Notes: generated from the sequence alone by a model not told the origin. DNA of 64,000 nt from an uncultured Nitrososphaeraceae archaeon (GCA_963779615.1 CAVZZA010000003.1:960001-1024000), one strand, 5' to 3'; positions 11,351 through 23,062 are shown, numbered from the stretch's first letter. Numbers and translations: made by a program.

Positions 11351-11397
11351 TGGCCGGGTCGTTTGAAGGCCATTTATGCCTCTAATCCATATTCAAT
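11351..11397 (+). repeat. att-like dispersed repeat
   Basis: TGGCCGGGTCGTTTGAAGGCCATTTATGCCTCTAATCC; GGCCGGGTCG matches the tRNA-Val 3' end (reverse complement). Confidence 0.7.
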
Positions 11398-11479
11398 CTA
11401 TACAAACATTACAGGATTTGGATTTACTTAATCAAATGTGTTTTTGATCGGAAAAAAATTAAAGTTATTGGTAACTGAA

Positions 11480-12460
11480 ATAGTATTGCATTTGACTGCA
11501 TCTGGATGAAATAAAAAGTTGGAGTTATTGCATTCTACAACTGTCATCCCATCATGGTAAACTGTTCTAAGGAGTTGCGAGGTCGTTACTCCTTACAAAT
11601 TCTGCTTCATATACAATAATCCATCTTCGTCAAGTATTGCAAGCGGTTTACTTATGTCCAGAATTGTTGGACGTGCCCTTTGATTGTCTACAAATAATTC
11701 CATAAATCCTTTTTGCGGTTCTTTTGACCATTTGACATGCAACTGCATTTCGTGCCAGTGCCCCTTTAGCATAGGTGCAATCCATTTGATCGTGCAATCT
11801 ACAGCAGAGGAGAACAAATGTCAGGTTCATGATAATGAAAATGGCTTAATACACGGTGAGAAATTGGATTATTGTCACCGTAAATGCAACAGCAGGCGTA
11901 CAACCCTCATGCGGAGGGCCTGCAATCTGGAGGAATAAACAACACCATCTTGATCATGTTGATGCCACCGGATCCAAACGTAAAATCTACCAGAACTATC
12001 GTAATTTGAGGAAAACAGAGTAACCAATGGACCATACATCATCACCGTCCTTGAAATGGTGGTCTGTATGATCTTGAAGGGCTTTTGTAAGAACTACTTC
12101 GGATCTTACCACTTTTATCCCTCTTGTATTTGGATCTGGCTTATCAACTATGGTTGTTCCATCGGGATTTGTTGCAAATATCTCTTTTTTAACTGTACGT
12201 TTAAAGATTTAGTGTGGCAGGGCGGTTTGTATCCAGTTTAATCAAGATTCACGGTGAGTAGCCTGTATCAACAGATGAAGGCACCTGGCATCCCCAAGTG
12301 CGCAGGTTCTGAAAGGCAGACCATCATCTTCGTTCTCTTTTTAAGAAAAGCATCATTGAGAGGGCTATTCAATACTCGAAGGATAGCAGCAGAACTGAAA
12401 GATTTGATGACTGTTTTGAATGTTTTCCATGCAAAAAGAAGAAATGCAGACTAGAGCATG
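11480..12460 (-). pseudogene. Polysaccharide-lyase-family pseudogene
   Basis: Frameshifted fragments VRSEV, FKDGDDVW, WIRWHQH, GHWHEMQLHVKWS..GFMELFVD, YMKQ, TVYHDG in the expected order. Confidence 0.7.
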
Positions 12461-12793
12461 TCACAAATTGGTTGCATTTTTTTTCTAGACTATCATAACA
12501 GGGAATTGAAAACGCTTAGGCGAACAGAGCCTATATTCCCAACTTTTAACACAGTAGATTCTGTTTTTGATACAACGGAAATTAATTTGTTAGTGATTTT
12601 GTTTTTATCATATTGCTATGAGCCTACTAAGATGGGCCGCCTATTGTAATCATTATGCATAAGTATGTGGTAACAAGTGGCGGAATATAGAACTTAGACA
12701 CAATACGACCATCGATATGGATAAGGATGAAATTATAATTGTTATAGACAATAATAGAAATAGTATTAAATATTATCAAAAAAATAACATGTA

Positions 12794-13735
12794 TTGGATA
12801 ATAAAGATAAAGAATCCACAAACAACATGCCAAATCTTAAAGATAGTACATCATCTCCTGAAAAATCAGAGTATGGTTTAATGTTAAACAAATTGTGCAA
12901 TATTGAAGATTGGGATAATGCAGAAATTAAAAAACTAATAAAAAAATTACAAACTACAACTGTAGAATCATATCTTTGTCAAAAAGACTGGTCAATAATT
13001 AAAGGTAATATTTTTCTTCCTCGAAAACTTGGAGTTATCCACCGAAAAGATTGGGAATGGTCTATGGGAATACTAGCTATGCAAAGACTAAATAAATTAA
13101 ACAAAAACAATACTGCCTTAGGAATAGGAGTAGGACGGGAAGAAATTTTATTTCATTTAGCAAACAAATTGAAACATGTCTACGCTACTGATCTTTATGA
13201 TGGAAAACAGTGGGAAAACTTTGCACCATCTGACTTCCCAGAAAATCCCAAAAAATACTCCCCAATTGCATACTCAGAAAATTCTTTGACCGTGTTACGA
13301 ATGGATGGTACCCGTATAAATTTTCCCCCTCAAAGCTTTGACATTGCATTTTCGTTCTCATCGATAGAACATTTTAATGGTGAAAATCATACGGGTGCCC
13401 TTAAATGTTTAAGAGAAATGGAAAGGGTATTAAAAAAAGGGGGAATCGCCATAATAACAACTGAATTTATAATTAATGATAAAGATCATCATGAGTATTT
13501 TAATAGAGATACAATACATTCTCACCTAATAAATAAGCTAGATTCATTAAATCTAGTAGAGCCTCTCGATTTACGAATAACCTCAAAAACAATGGCTACA
13601 ACTATGGACTATTCCGATTGTGTTTATTGGGATACTTCAAGTGATGATTATTTCAAGGCTATGAATCCTCTAATAGTCATTAAACTTGGAGAAATAGTCT
13701 ATACGTCAGTAATGCTTGTTTTTCAAAAAAAATAA
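12794..13735 (+). CDS. Class I SAM-dependent methyltransferase
   Basis: LGIGVG motif I, ATD, FDIAFSFSSIEH, RVLKKGG. Confidence 0.88.
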   Translation: MDNKDKESTNNMPNLKDSTSSPEKSEYGLMLNKLCNIEDWDNAEIKKLIKKLQTTTVESYLCQKDWSIIKGNIFLPRKLGVIHRKDWEWSMGILAMQRLNKLNKNNTALGIGVGREEILFHLANKLKHVYATDLYDGKQWENFAPSDFPENPKKYSPIAYSENSLTVLRMDGTRINFPPQSFDIAFSFSSIEHFNGENHTGALKCLREMERVLKKGGIAIITTEFIINDKDHHEYFNRDTIHSHLINKLDSLNLVEPLDLRITSKTMATTMDYSDCVYWDTSSDDYFKAMNPLIVIKLGEIVYTSVMLVFQKK

Positions 13736-14176
13736 CCCTTTCGAATGTTGTCCATCGGGAATACTTGAGGAATGCACATTCTGGCGTTTTTTGATTTTAT
13801 TAAATATTGTTTTATCATATGCATGAGACTAAAACATTTGAAATTATTCAATTTAGAATGCGCAAACTTGTCGTCCTTTAAGATTTTTAATGCTAATTAA
13901 TTAGGCTCTGAAGAAATATTTTATTTCGATTCAAAGATAGGTGAGTTAACGATGTAATAGGAGCTATCCAGAATTGCCTGTCATTTAAATTGAAAGGACA
14001 GAGTCAAAGAAATTTCCGTTAATATATCAAGACAAAACTTTCTATGCCCCAGATGATATTGCAAAGGGTATCAAGAGAAATGAGGATGAAAAGGATCCGC
14101 ATCCAGAAAATTTTCATGTTTAAAATGGGTTATTACCCCATGGTTATACAGCAATTGTTTTGCAATTTTGATATTT

Positions 14177-15355
14177 TTAATTAAATTCAACAATTTCAAT
14201 CCAGTTTGGGTCTTTACCTGACTCATACCTATTCAAGAGTTTTAATTCACCAGTTTCTTGATTGATTGCATGTACAGATACATGACCTGATTCCTGCCCT
14301 CCTGCAATCACAAAATTACCCCTAGGATCAACGTTAATACCACGTGGCGTCTTTTCAGTACCATAACTTTCAATGTATGTCAAATTCCCCGAGTGACGGT
14401 CAACAGCAAATGCAGCAATTGTACTAGTAGATCTTTCGCTTACGTATAGCCATTTGCCATCAGGCGTAATGTGAATATCTGCAACTCCAATAGCAGTAGA
14501 TTTCCCATCCCCCATTCCTGGCGCGGCATCTCCAGCCGCAGGAGTTGATGGTTCAAGGCCTATGTCAGGAGGCATTGCCGAAATTCTCTGGATTTCAGTT
14601 AAAATCCCTGTCTTGTTATCCATCTTGTAAGAATAAACCATACCATCCATTTCATTCGATACATAAACAAACCTGTTATTTGGCGAGAAATCAAAATGCC
14701 TTGGTCCAGAACCATCTTTAGTGTAAACAACAGATGGAGCGTTTGGTGTAAGAACTCCATTGGATTGATTAAACAAAAATTGTTTTATCTGTGCATTTCC
14801 CAAATGAGGCACATACACAAATCGATTTGACGGATCAACTAGAATTGAATGGGGATTATGACCTGTGGAAATTACCTGAACAGGTTCCGATTGAACAAAC
14901 CCCTCAAGGCCTATTGGATTCACAGCAATTTTGGCATTTGCGTCATTATTTGATACTGATAAAAGAAAGCGGCCCGTTTGATCCACTGAGATGTATACCA
15001 TGTTATCGGGTAATGATTCTTTAGAGAGCTGAGTCAGGTTACCTGTCTCTGAATTAATCAAATAGGTAATCACTGAAAAAGGTTCTGAACGAACAGAGGC
15101 ATAAAGGAATCGATGATCTGGGCTCAATGCCATATGCTTTACATTTGGTCCAGCAGGTACCTTTTCCACTATTTTCATATCACCGGTTTCAGGATTTAAC
15201 TTCATGACTACAATCTGTCCATCTTCGCCATTAGAAACATACACAAATGTTCCTTCTGAATAGGATTTATCTATTCCCATAAATAAAATTGGAATCATTA
15301 GCACTGCCACAAAGATTGGAATCCTAAAATCAAATCTAGTTTTCTTTTCCGTCAT
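14177..15355 (-). CDS. Lactonase family beta-propeller (6-phosphogluconolactonase Pgl-like) with N-terminal anchor
   Basis: PHSI, GSGPRHFDF, ADIHITPDGKWLYVSER, TPRG motifs; start at MTEKK. Confidence 0.9.
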   Translation of the reverse strand: MTEKKTRFDFRIPIFVAVLMIPILFMGIDKSYSEGTFVYVSNGEDGQIVVMKLNPETGDMKIVEKVPAGPNVKHMALSPDHRFLYASVRSEPFSVITYLINSETGNLTQLSKESLPDNMVYISVDQTGRFLLSVSNNDANAKIAVNPIGLEGFVQSEPVQVISTGHNPHSILVDPSNRFVYVPHLGNAQIKQFLFNQSNGVLTPNAPSVVYTKDGSGPRHFDFSPNNRFVYVSNEMDGMVYSYKMDNKTGILTEIQRISAMPPDIGLEPSTPAAGDAAPGMGDGKSTAIGVADIHITPDGKWLYVSERSTSTIAAFAVDRHSGNLTYIESYGTEKTPRGINVDPRGNFVIAGGQESGHVSVHAINQETGELKLLNRYESGKDPNWIEIVEFN

Positions 15356-15477
15356 CCATAAATCGCTATTGCATCTACAAGCAGTATAAATAAAATTCTT
15401 GCGTGAGCCAACAAAAATTCCAAATGGATGTATCAAAATCTGATTGATTTCATTTCACAGACGTGGGTGAAGGCTGG

Positions 15478-15678
15478 ATTGGCGGCAGGGTTGACATAAT
15501 CACCATCTCTGTAGATACGATCATTTTCTTTTTCTCCTTCTTCTTTGATATCCAATTTTCAATTCATGTCGTAGCCTGCATTTCAGACAATTCCTTAATA
15601 TTGTTGGCTCTGAGCCTATAAATATAATCAAATTTGTAATGGACCGGATTGTTTGCAGTTTCTTTATGCCTGTAACCC
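15478..15678 (-). repeat. Copy 1 of about 200-bp module: att-like site, TATA-like promoter and very short integrase start
   Basis: 15537-15589 identical to 20418-20470 (53 nt); att-like motif at 15639. Confidence 0.9.
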
Positions 15679-16009
15679 ATCAAGTAACAAAAATGGTGGA
15701 GATTCATCACAAAATGTTTTATGTTTTATTTTACCTCATACCATCATAAATAGAAGTTTTGTAGTATCGATCTATGCATAGTGTAACCTCAAAGATATCA
15801 AGAATATCGACCTTCATAATTCTATAGTGAACAGAGTTGAATATTTTTAATATACACAAAATTTAGTATTTTAAGATAAGATCATTCCAAATTGCTATCC
15901 TTTTCTTTATACATTTTTTTCCAATTACTTTTTCAATTAGATAAAATTGAAAATATAAAAGCGAGATAAATTAATAGCAGATAAATTTCCAAATATAAAA
16001 GATCTATTT

Positions 16010-16381
16010 CTAAACCTCTTCTTGTTTTGTCCCGCATCTTATGCAGAACTTGGATCTTAGGTTAAGTTTTGAGCCACACTCGATGCAAAATTTTGATTCT
16101 GTGGTGGCGGTTAGTTTATTTGGAGCAGTTATTTTTGGCTCCGTTATTGTACTGGACAGTTTAGGCAAAGTGGTCTGAGACAAATCCCTTCCACTTTCGG
16201 CACTCTCTTCTCCTTTAAGATAAAGCATTATCCTTGGAACCACCTCCTTTCCCTTGGGATCATATACCTGTTCACACAGCCATATAACAAATTCTTTTAG
16301 CGTTAAATCAGGTGTAGAAAAGCCAAGAGTATGAGCAGATATGTATTCCTCGACTGCAGATCTACCGTTGAATGCTTTCAT
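16010..16381 (-). CDS. Protein with C-terminal double zinc ribbon
   Basis: KFCIECG..SKFCIRCG. Confidence 0.8.
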   Translation of the reverse strand: MKAFNGRSAVEEYISAHTLGFSTPDLTLKEFVIWLCEQVYDPKGKEVVPRIMLYLKGEESAESGRDLSQTTLPKLSSTITEPKITAPNKLTATTESKFCIECGSKLNLRSKFCIRCGTKQEEV

Positions 16382-16781
16382 TCCCGAGTATATTATATAC
16401 CTAATCTGGTTGATAACCTTTAATTGAATCTAATGCCAGTATGAAAATGCAGGTTTTATTTTAAATTAGATTGTTTGAATTATTTGTTGATAATTGTAAC
16501 GATAGGCCAACATCTCAATTTTAGAGTCGTCAAGTTTTTTTTTGGAACAAATGAACTTGCTCATTATTATAGTCCCAATTCGAAAATTTATTTCCCATGC
16601 AACTAATTTTTCTTTTGATCCCTTTCCCCTAGACTTTTTGATACATTGTTGATAGAAAGTACTTGAGAGATCAGTTGAATGAACAAGATTAACCTTGTAT
16701 CTCATATTGGCCTATTCCTCCCCTGGGCCGTTGTGATAAAGCCAAATAGTAAAGATAAGAATTTAAGCGTAGGACATACTT

Positions 16782-17075
16782 ATGATCATGGACAAAACAT
16801 CCAATTCTGGGGATGACAATGGAGCCCGTCACAATGTTGAAGGTTTTGTATTAGGCAGACTATCATCCAAACATGACTCAGGAGGCGACCCTTTAGTCGG
16901 CATTGGAGATTTGATGGATTCCATAGACACTACAATGTCTCCCCTACTAGATCAAGCAATTGAGGACTTGGTCGCTCAAAGCCTGATCCAATCTCCGGAT
17001 GGCGAAAACTACCAAATTACTCAGGATGGGATTAATGAACTAGAAAATAGGAAGAGAGAGGCAATACCACTTTAG
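16782..17075 (+). CDS. Small protein, possible winged helix
   Basis: AIEDLVAQSLI..YQITQDGINELE pattern typical of a wHTH wing. Confidence 0.6.
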   Translation: MIMDKTSNSGDDNGARHNVEGFVLGRLSSKHDSGGDPLVGIGDLMDSIDTTMSPLLDQAIEDLVAQSLIQSPDGENYQITQDGINELENRKREAIPL

Positions 17076-17339
17076 TTACAAAAACTATTTTTATATAACC
17101 CAACTCAAAAGTTAAGACAAATTAGTAGAATATACAGATAGGAATTTTGGATATTGGAGATAAACAATAATTATTCTATTTTATTTTGGTGAACATTAAT
17201 GGAAACTTGCACTGTTTGTTTTAAAAAATGCGAATTAATCAAGATTAAAAACAAGCATCTGATCCCACAAAGCAGACACTATCCAAAATTTGTATTGATT
17301 GGCTAAACATATGCTTTGATGAAAACATCCTATAATTCT

Positions 17340-17684
17340 TTACACGGATTTCTTTAATTTATCGCTTGGAAATTTGATCATATTCTCCTTTTCGCGATTA
17401 AGATCGTCATCTGTCAAGTTGATTGCAGAAATTATTGTTGAATTATTCTCATCACTAAAGCCTTCGGTAAAAATGATCACATGTAATGAAGACTCTAAAA
17501 TGTCTAATATAGAATCATCAAATGGCGGTAATTTCAGCTCAAGATCTTTTCCTGGAATAACCGAACCCAAGTTATCGACATCAAGCAAAGTCACATTCAC
17601 TTTGTTCTTTTGCTCATTTATGCTGTTTACCTTTGCAAACATTAAGCCATCAGCATATGTATGGGCAATCAAACTAATAAACAA
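17340..17684 (-). CDS. Hypothetical protein
   Basis: 114 aa ORF with normal composition; antisense ORF looks like a shadow. Confidence 0.6.
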   Translation of the reverse strand: MFISLIAHTYADGLMFAKVNSINEQKNKVNVTLLDVDNLGSVIPGKDLELKLPPFDDSILDILESSLHVIIFTEGFSDENNSTIISAINLTDDDLNREKENMIKFPSDKLKKSV

Positions 17685-17874
17685 GATTCAATCTGTCGAC
17701 AGCTATACTCAATAACGATTATCAGATGGCAAACTTCGATGCCATAGAGGCCTATGGTTATTTCATAGATCTTGCTGGATAAAGTTACTCAATAAACGAC
17801 CATCAGTACTTTGCTCTATTTTGTGATTCCATCTTCTAGTTCTCTTTTGGCCTTACCTTTTCAACCAAACAAAG

Positions 17875-18333
17875 TCAACTGCTATGATAATAGTGATCAA
17901 TGGAATCAACTGTGGGCTGTATCTCACTTTCTTTTTTAACTACCTCCAGTATCTTGTTCCATATGTGCTTCTCAAACTCATATGCCACTATACCTCCAAC
18001 CGTAGCCCCTGCAGCAAGACCGATAGGTCCCCCAACCAAGAGTCCCACAGCACCTGTCCAAATAAGACTTCCAAACCATGCACCAGATGCCACCTCAATG
18101 GCATAATCATCCGGGTTGCCTGTCACGGATACATGAATCTCGCGCAAAGACCCTGCCCACACCTTAGGGGATTTATTTACGGCCACAATACTGCGTAAAG
18201 GGATAGAATTCATGGTTCCTTTGTATTCTGAAACAATCTCGATGTCCTTTTGAATTTGTATTTCTTGCTTTATGCTATCATATAGTTTGTCCAGGTTTGT
18301 GCTAAGACCACGATAATGCTGTACTTTTGCCAC
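17875..18333 (-). CDS. Conserved hypothetical protein with glycine-zipper hydrophobic segment
   Basis: GAVGLLVGGPIGLAAGATVGG; GTG start at 18333. Confidence 0.75.
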   Translation of the reverse strand: MAKVQHYRGLSTNLDKLYDSIKQEIQIQKDIEIVSEYKGTMNSIPLRSIVAVNKSPKVWAGSLREIHVSVTGNPDDYAIEVASGAWFGSLIWTGAVGLLVGGPIGLAAGATVGGIVAYEFEKHIWNKILEVVKKESEIQPTVDSIDHYYHSS

Positions 18334-18364
18334 AAAATTAAGTTTAAAAAGACACATTTAAAGC

Positions 18365-18700
18365 ATTAGAAAGGGTTTCGCTTTTTCTTCCGAAATCAGA
18401 TGCGCTTTACCTTGAATAATCACAAAAAACGAATTTGCTCCAATCCTCATCATATTCATCTATTAGTAATGCAGCATTTTGATTGGTATGAATGTTACCA
18501 ACTTTTTTAGCTTTTAAACTGTTTGTTCTTTTCTTTTACTATCTAATGGTATATAATAATGGTGCCCATCAAATGCAAAAACCACAGGTACTATAGGGGG
18601 CATTTGCTTATCATAATCAATCAAAGTCTAGCTACTCTTGCCCTGTTTACCATTACTTGAATAAAAACACAATTGTTCATACAATTACCTTGTAATCTCA
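18365..18700 (-). pseudogene. PPOX-class F420-dependent oxidoreductase (Rv0121-like) pseudogene
   Basis: Fragments RVARL, PIVPVVFAFDG..YIPLDSKRK, NIHTNQNAALLIDEYDEDWS, VIIQGKA with frameshifts. Confidence 0.75.
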
Positions 18701-18996
18701 CATTATTTACCGTATTATTATTTACTTATAGTGATTCACAATAATAGAAAGTAGGGCCATAAGTTGTCACATATAGAAATGATATCAATGAGTATTTTGA
18801 AGAATTTTGCATGTTATTTAGGGTATGTTTTTTAATCCTAAATGACAAAAATTGGTAAAAAACCTAAAAAGTTCCTTTTTATATGACTAATAAATTTCAA
18901 AACGATACTAACATAATAACAACGAAAGGGATTGGCGGACATACAAGAATAGAAGCATAAAAAAAAGTTAAATAATCATCCAGAAATGGAAATACC

Positions 18997-19758
18997 ATGT
19001 TAAAATCAAAGGCAAGTGTATTTCTTGTCATATTTTTATCTGTTGTGTTTCCCACTAGCTCATTGCTGGCAACCAAAGGAAATGAAACTTTTGTAGATCG
19101 AAATATGGTCAATATGAATTTCAATATTTCTGGTTTGGTATACGATTTGAATTCGACACCTTTCAATACATCATATGCGGACTGGACTGCAAAATGGTGG
19201 CAATGGACATATTCCATTCCATGGAATAAGAATCCCTCATACGATGACACTGGAAAATATTGTGGCGAAAATCAGCATGGACCGGTTTGGTTCCTAACAC
19301 TTGCTTTTGAACATCCAGTTGAACGCACTTGCCATATACCTCAAAATACGGCGTTGCTAATCACATTATTAAATTCCGAATGTTCGTATGTGGAGTACAA
19401 ACATCTAGAGACCGAAGAAGAATTAACAGATTGTGCTAAAAAAATGCAGGATGTTGTGAGTGGAGCAGAAGCATCACTTAATGATATTACTATACCTAAT
19501 GTAGCAAAACATCGTATTCAGACAAATTTATTTGACTTTACATTGCCCCAAGATAATATACTGAATTTAACTGCTCAAACAACACAAGCTGTAGCCGATG
19601 GAAACTGGCTTTTTCTAAAACCGCTCCCACCTGGCAAGTATGAGCTGAAGGTAAAAGGAGAAATAGACAGAGTCTCTTCAAATGAGTTGGGCGGTAACGA
19701 ATATAACGGACCAATTGGATGGAATCAAACTACCACATACATCTTATGGGTTAATTAG
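18997..19758 (+). CDS. Secreted conserved hypothetical protein (WWQW..GPVWFL family)
   Basis: Signal peptide; WTAKWWQW, GPVWFL, ADGNWLFLKPLPPG motifs. Confidence 0.85.
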   Translation: MLKSKASVFLVIFLSVVFPTSSLLATKGNETFVDRNMVNMNFNISGLVYDLNSTPFNTSYADWTAKWWQWTYSIPWNKNPSYDDTGKYCGENQHGPVWFLTLAFEHPVERTCHIPQNTALLITLLNSECSYVEYKHLETEEELTDCAKKMQDVVSGAEASLNDITIPNVAKHRIQTNLFDFTLPQDNILNLTAQTTQAVADGNWLFLKPLPPGKYELKVKGEIDRVSSNELGGNEYNGPIGWNQTTTYILWVN

Positions 19759-20229
19759 CATATTATTACGGTCATTTTTACCCCGGTTGTGCTCCATATT
19801 TTTTTGATCTGGACTAAAGAGTGAATATCGACTGTTTTTATAAAATCCTGATTATAAGGTAAGCACGAACTAGTCAGCATTGAAAAAGTAGCAAAACTTG
19901 CTTTCTATCTTTTTTTTCCTACATCTGCTCTATTTTACTATTCATATTTTACGTTATTATATTAAACTGAGACACACTAACCACCATTTTCAGCGAATAT
20001 GAAATATGATGATTGTCACCTAAATTGATATAATATTATAGATTGATATCCTATATTATATACCAGCCATACGAAAAGAATTGCAATATATAAGGTCGAT
20101 ATCGGTATTATCAAGATTTATTATTATGTTATTCTAATTTTTAAATTATTTTCTATAATTTTTTTTATTTAGTTTTTCTTTTTATTTCAAGTATTATATA
20201 TAATCACATATGAGATCTCATCAAAAAGA

Positions 20230-20436
20230 CTACATTTTAAATTTATATAACCAACACATTGTCTTCAAAGGTACCTCCAGACCCAGAAAATCATGGAAAA
20301 CATCCAATCTTTTAGGATATTGCCTATTTGTTTCAGAGGCCTTTAACACAATTAAAAAATTGGCAACAGGATCAGCATAATTATCTTCTCTGGTGATATC
20401 ATCATTTTCTTTTTCATCTTCTTCTTTGATATCCAA
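20230..20436 (-). pseudogene. N-terminal fragment of a Nitrososphaeraceae-type tyrosine integrase
   Basis: DPVANFLIVLKASETNRQYPKRL matches DPLQQFLYALRAPETKRQYPKRL at 47311-47652; catalytic domain absent. Confidence 0.75.
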
Positions 20437-20570
20437 TTTTCAATTCATGTCGTAGCCTGCATTTCAGACACTTTCTTACTATTGTTGGCTCTGAGCCTAT
20501 AAATATAACCAAATTTTCAATGGGCCGGATCGTTTGCGGGCCATTTGTGCCTGTAACCTGCAGTTTAACT
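20359..20570 (-). repeat. Copy 2 of about 200-bp att/promoter/integrase-start module
   Basis: Matches 15478-15678; att-like motif ATGGGCCGGATCGTTTGCGGGCCATTTGTGCCTGTAACC at 20520. Confidence 0.9.
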
Positions 20571-20583
20571 ACAATAACAATCC

Positions 20584-20960
20584 GGCTCTGTTCATTTAAG
20601 CACTTTCTCGTTGCCATGGTGATCTACAAACAGGTGGATCCGGTTTTTTGCATGCTTTAGTTTACAGTTCCTTGTCCACCATGGAAAATAATAATCGTTA
20701 AACCCCTTTTGGCCCTACCTTTGATGCATCAGTCATTCTCTCTATCAGGCTTTTCTCAAATTGAGAATGAATGCGATGATCTACTTATCACTACAGGCTT
20801 GGGCAGGATGCCCGCTAGCCATGGTCACCGTCATCCGTTGTTAAAACCGAATACTTGCCATACTTATTTGTCAACAAGAAGGGATAAAACGTTCCGCCAA
20901 AACCATACTTCTTTCAAAGACAAACATTAATCTGAAGAATTCATACAGGCTCTATCTAAA
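20584..20960 (-). mobile_element. Highly decayed IS6-family remnant (3' part and terminal IR)
   Basis: IR GGCTCTGTTCATTTAAG at 20584; fragments ERSMVLAERF, PQAC, IHSQFEKSLIER, FNDYYFP align with the 27.1-27.8 kb transposase. Confidence 0.8.
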
Positions 20961-21038
20961 TAGAATCCATCTTCGCAGGACAGGCATTTTGGGAGCCAAC
21001 CATAAGGAGTTTCCTTTTTTAGTAAAATATTTACAACA

Positions 21039-22517
21039 TCAATAACCAGGCAATGACCCTAGCCTTACCGCTTTAAATATCACATTACCATTTATGTTTA
21101 TTCCAAGCGTTAGCAGATCGCCAGGTTTTTTTGCCCCGACTTGTTTTGTGAGATCACTTGGTTTCCCTATTTCTTTTCCGTCTGCGGATATTATTACATC
21201 CCCTTTTCTTGTTAGATATCCATTGCTATCCACATCTAAAATAGCACCGTTTAATCCCACCCTCTCAGCTGGACTATTGGAAACAACAGATTGAATCAAT
21301 ATCCCTTTAGTGTGTTCAGGTAACCCCATTTCTTCTAATGTTGATGGCGACAAGTCAGTTACAGAAACACCCAGCCATGGAGTTGAAGATGCCAAATAGA
21401 CTCCTGAATTGTTACCCTCATGATTTTCACTTTTGCTTTTTTGACTTGACAGTATATATGGCGACAATTCGTGTGCGTTGGGTTGGGTTTCATCCTTTAA
21501 CTGCAGCTTTTCCATCAACGAAACAAATGACAGGAACTGTTTGTCGTTAATGTTAGACAAGTAATCGCGAATCACATGGCTGTTTGTGTTACGCCATATC
21601 ACTATCTCATCAATCCCTTTAGTTTTGTTTGCTATTGACAATGTGGCGAGGATCAATCGATCTGATGGTGGATCATATCCTTGTTCAGCAAAATTGGATG
21701 TTTTTGCAGTGTACAGTACAAACTTTAATGGCTTTTTATGGAACACTTTGGAAAACGTATCCAGATTATGCTGAAGATCAGCCACACTGTAATAGTTTGA
21801 GCTAGCCAAAACAATGCCATCAGAATAATCATAGAAATATTTTTTGACATCATTTGTACCCAGTCCCTCAAGGTAAACAACAGGAAAAAAATTCAAATCA
21901 TTTCTTTTGTGTTGTAGCGCCCTATCTAGTTTTGACTTTATCATAAATTTGACGTTTTCTTGTATCTTTTGCTTTCCATCAAGACCGTCATCTTTTTTAT
22001 CCTTGCCTTCACTGGGGCCAAACCAATTAAAGTCATCTATCACAAAACCATAAAGGGAAGGGTGACTTGACTTTAGCAAATTGAGATACTTTATCCACCC
22101 CTCCCAATCATAATCACCATTTTCTCCACCTTCGGAAGGGGGCAACAATATTGGAATCATCCTCAAAGTTGTATTGTCGGCGGCACCCAAAAGACTGGCA
22201 GTTTGAGATTGTTTTGATTTGGATTTGTAATCTTTGAGCACAAAATAATATTCTTTGTATCCCTGTTTTAACAGCAAATCCATCGCCATTATTTTGTCAT
22301 TGCGGTTTGGGAGAGACTCCAAGGGAAATTGATTTGATGTCCATGCACCAAAACTTGCAATTTTTGGTTGACTTATGGTTGAATTTGTTCCTAGTTTGAT
22401 ATTATCGGCAAGTCCATAAGCTTTCACACAAAAACAGGGTATTGATAGCCATGACATGGAATAAACAAGCCCTGCTGCAAAAATAACCAAAAAAACAAGA
22501 CAATAATCCAATTTCAT
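21039..22517 (-). CDS. Secreted protein: glycoside-hydrolase-like barrel fused to C-terminal PDZ domain
   Basis: N-terminal TM; GFVIDDF motif; HtrA-type PDZ (PWLGVSV..GILIQSV..SPAERVGL..GDVIISADG). Confidence 0.8.
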   Translation of the reverse strand: MKLDYCLVFLVIFAAGLVYSMSWLSIPCFCVKAYGLADNIKLGTNSTISQPKIASFGAWTSNQFPLESLPNRNDKIMAMDLLLKQGYKEYYFVLKDYKSKSKQSQTASLLGAADNTTLRMIPILLPPSEGGENGDYDWEGWIKYLNLLKSSHPSLYGFVIDDFNWFGPSEGKDKKDDGLDGKQKIQENVKFMIKSKLDRALQHKRNDLNFFPVVYLEGLGTNDVKKYFYDYSDGIVLASSNYYSVADLQHNLDTFSKVFHKKPLKFVLYTAKTSNFAEQGYDPPSDRLILATLSIANKTKGIDEIVIWRNTNSHVIRDYLSNINDKQFLSFVSLMEKLQLKDETQPNAHELSPYILSSQKSKSENHEGNNSGVYLASSTPWLGVSVTDLSPSTLEEMGLPEHTKGILIQSVVSNSPAERVGLNGAILDVDSNGYLTRKGDVIISADGKEIGKPSDLTKQVGAKKPGDLLTLGININGNVIFKAVRLGSLPGY

Positions 22518-22897
22518 TTTTAAAGAAATTATTCTTCCAATACACAGGAATCAGAAAATGACCAATTTATTTTTAACTGGCATTTTATCGCGTATACCTC
22601 TGAGAATTTGAGGTTTTCCGACTTTGGAGGTCCCGAAAACAAATTGATTTTTTCTAATTTCAACTCACCATTATCACTTGTTATAATGGGCTTAATTCTC
22701 AAACAACATCTTGATTCCATTAAGGAAATCATATTCTTAATGTCATAATAATAACTATAAGACATGACTTTTAGAACAGTGGTTTTAATAGCACGCCATA
22801 ATCAAATGAATGATCTTCAAAAAAGAGATTATTGCTGTTGGGTGCGATCTTTTTAGTAATTACAACTTTAATTTATGAATGCTGCAATTGTTTTTTT

Positions 22898-22947
22898 CGG
22901 GTGGTTTGCAAGCCATTTATATGCCTTTAATCCAAAATTTGATTAAT
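22898..22947 (+). repeat. att-like dispersed repeat
   Basis: CGGGTGGTTTGCAAGCCATTTATATGCCTTTAATCC. Confidence 0.65.
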
Positions 22948-23062
22948 GAAAAGAATAATACGATTTTTTTAAGTGTAGTCCAGATTCATATTGTTAACGG
23001 ACAACTTTGAGTTTTAATTAATCATCAACGAAAAAACAGTTAAATGTTAAAATAGTTCAAAA

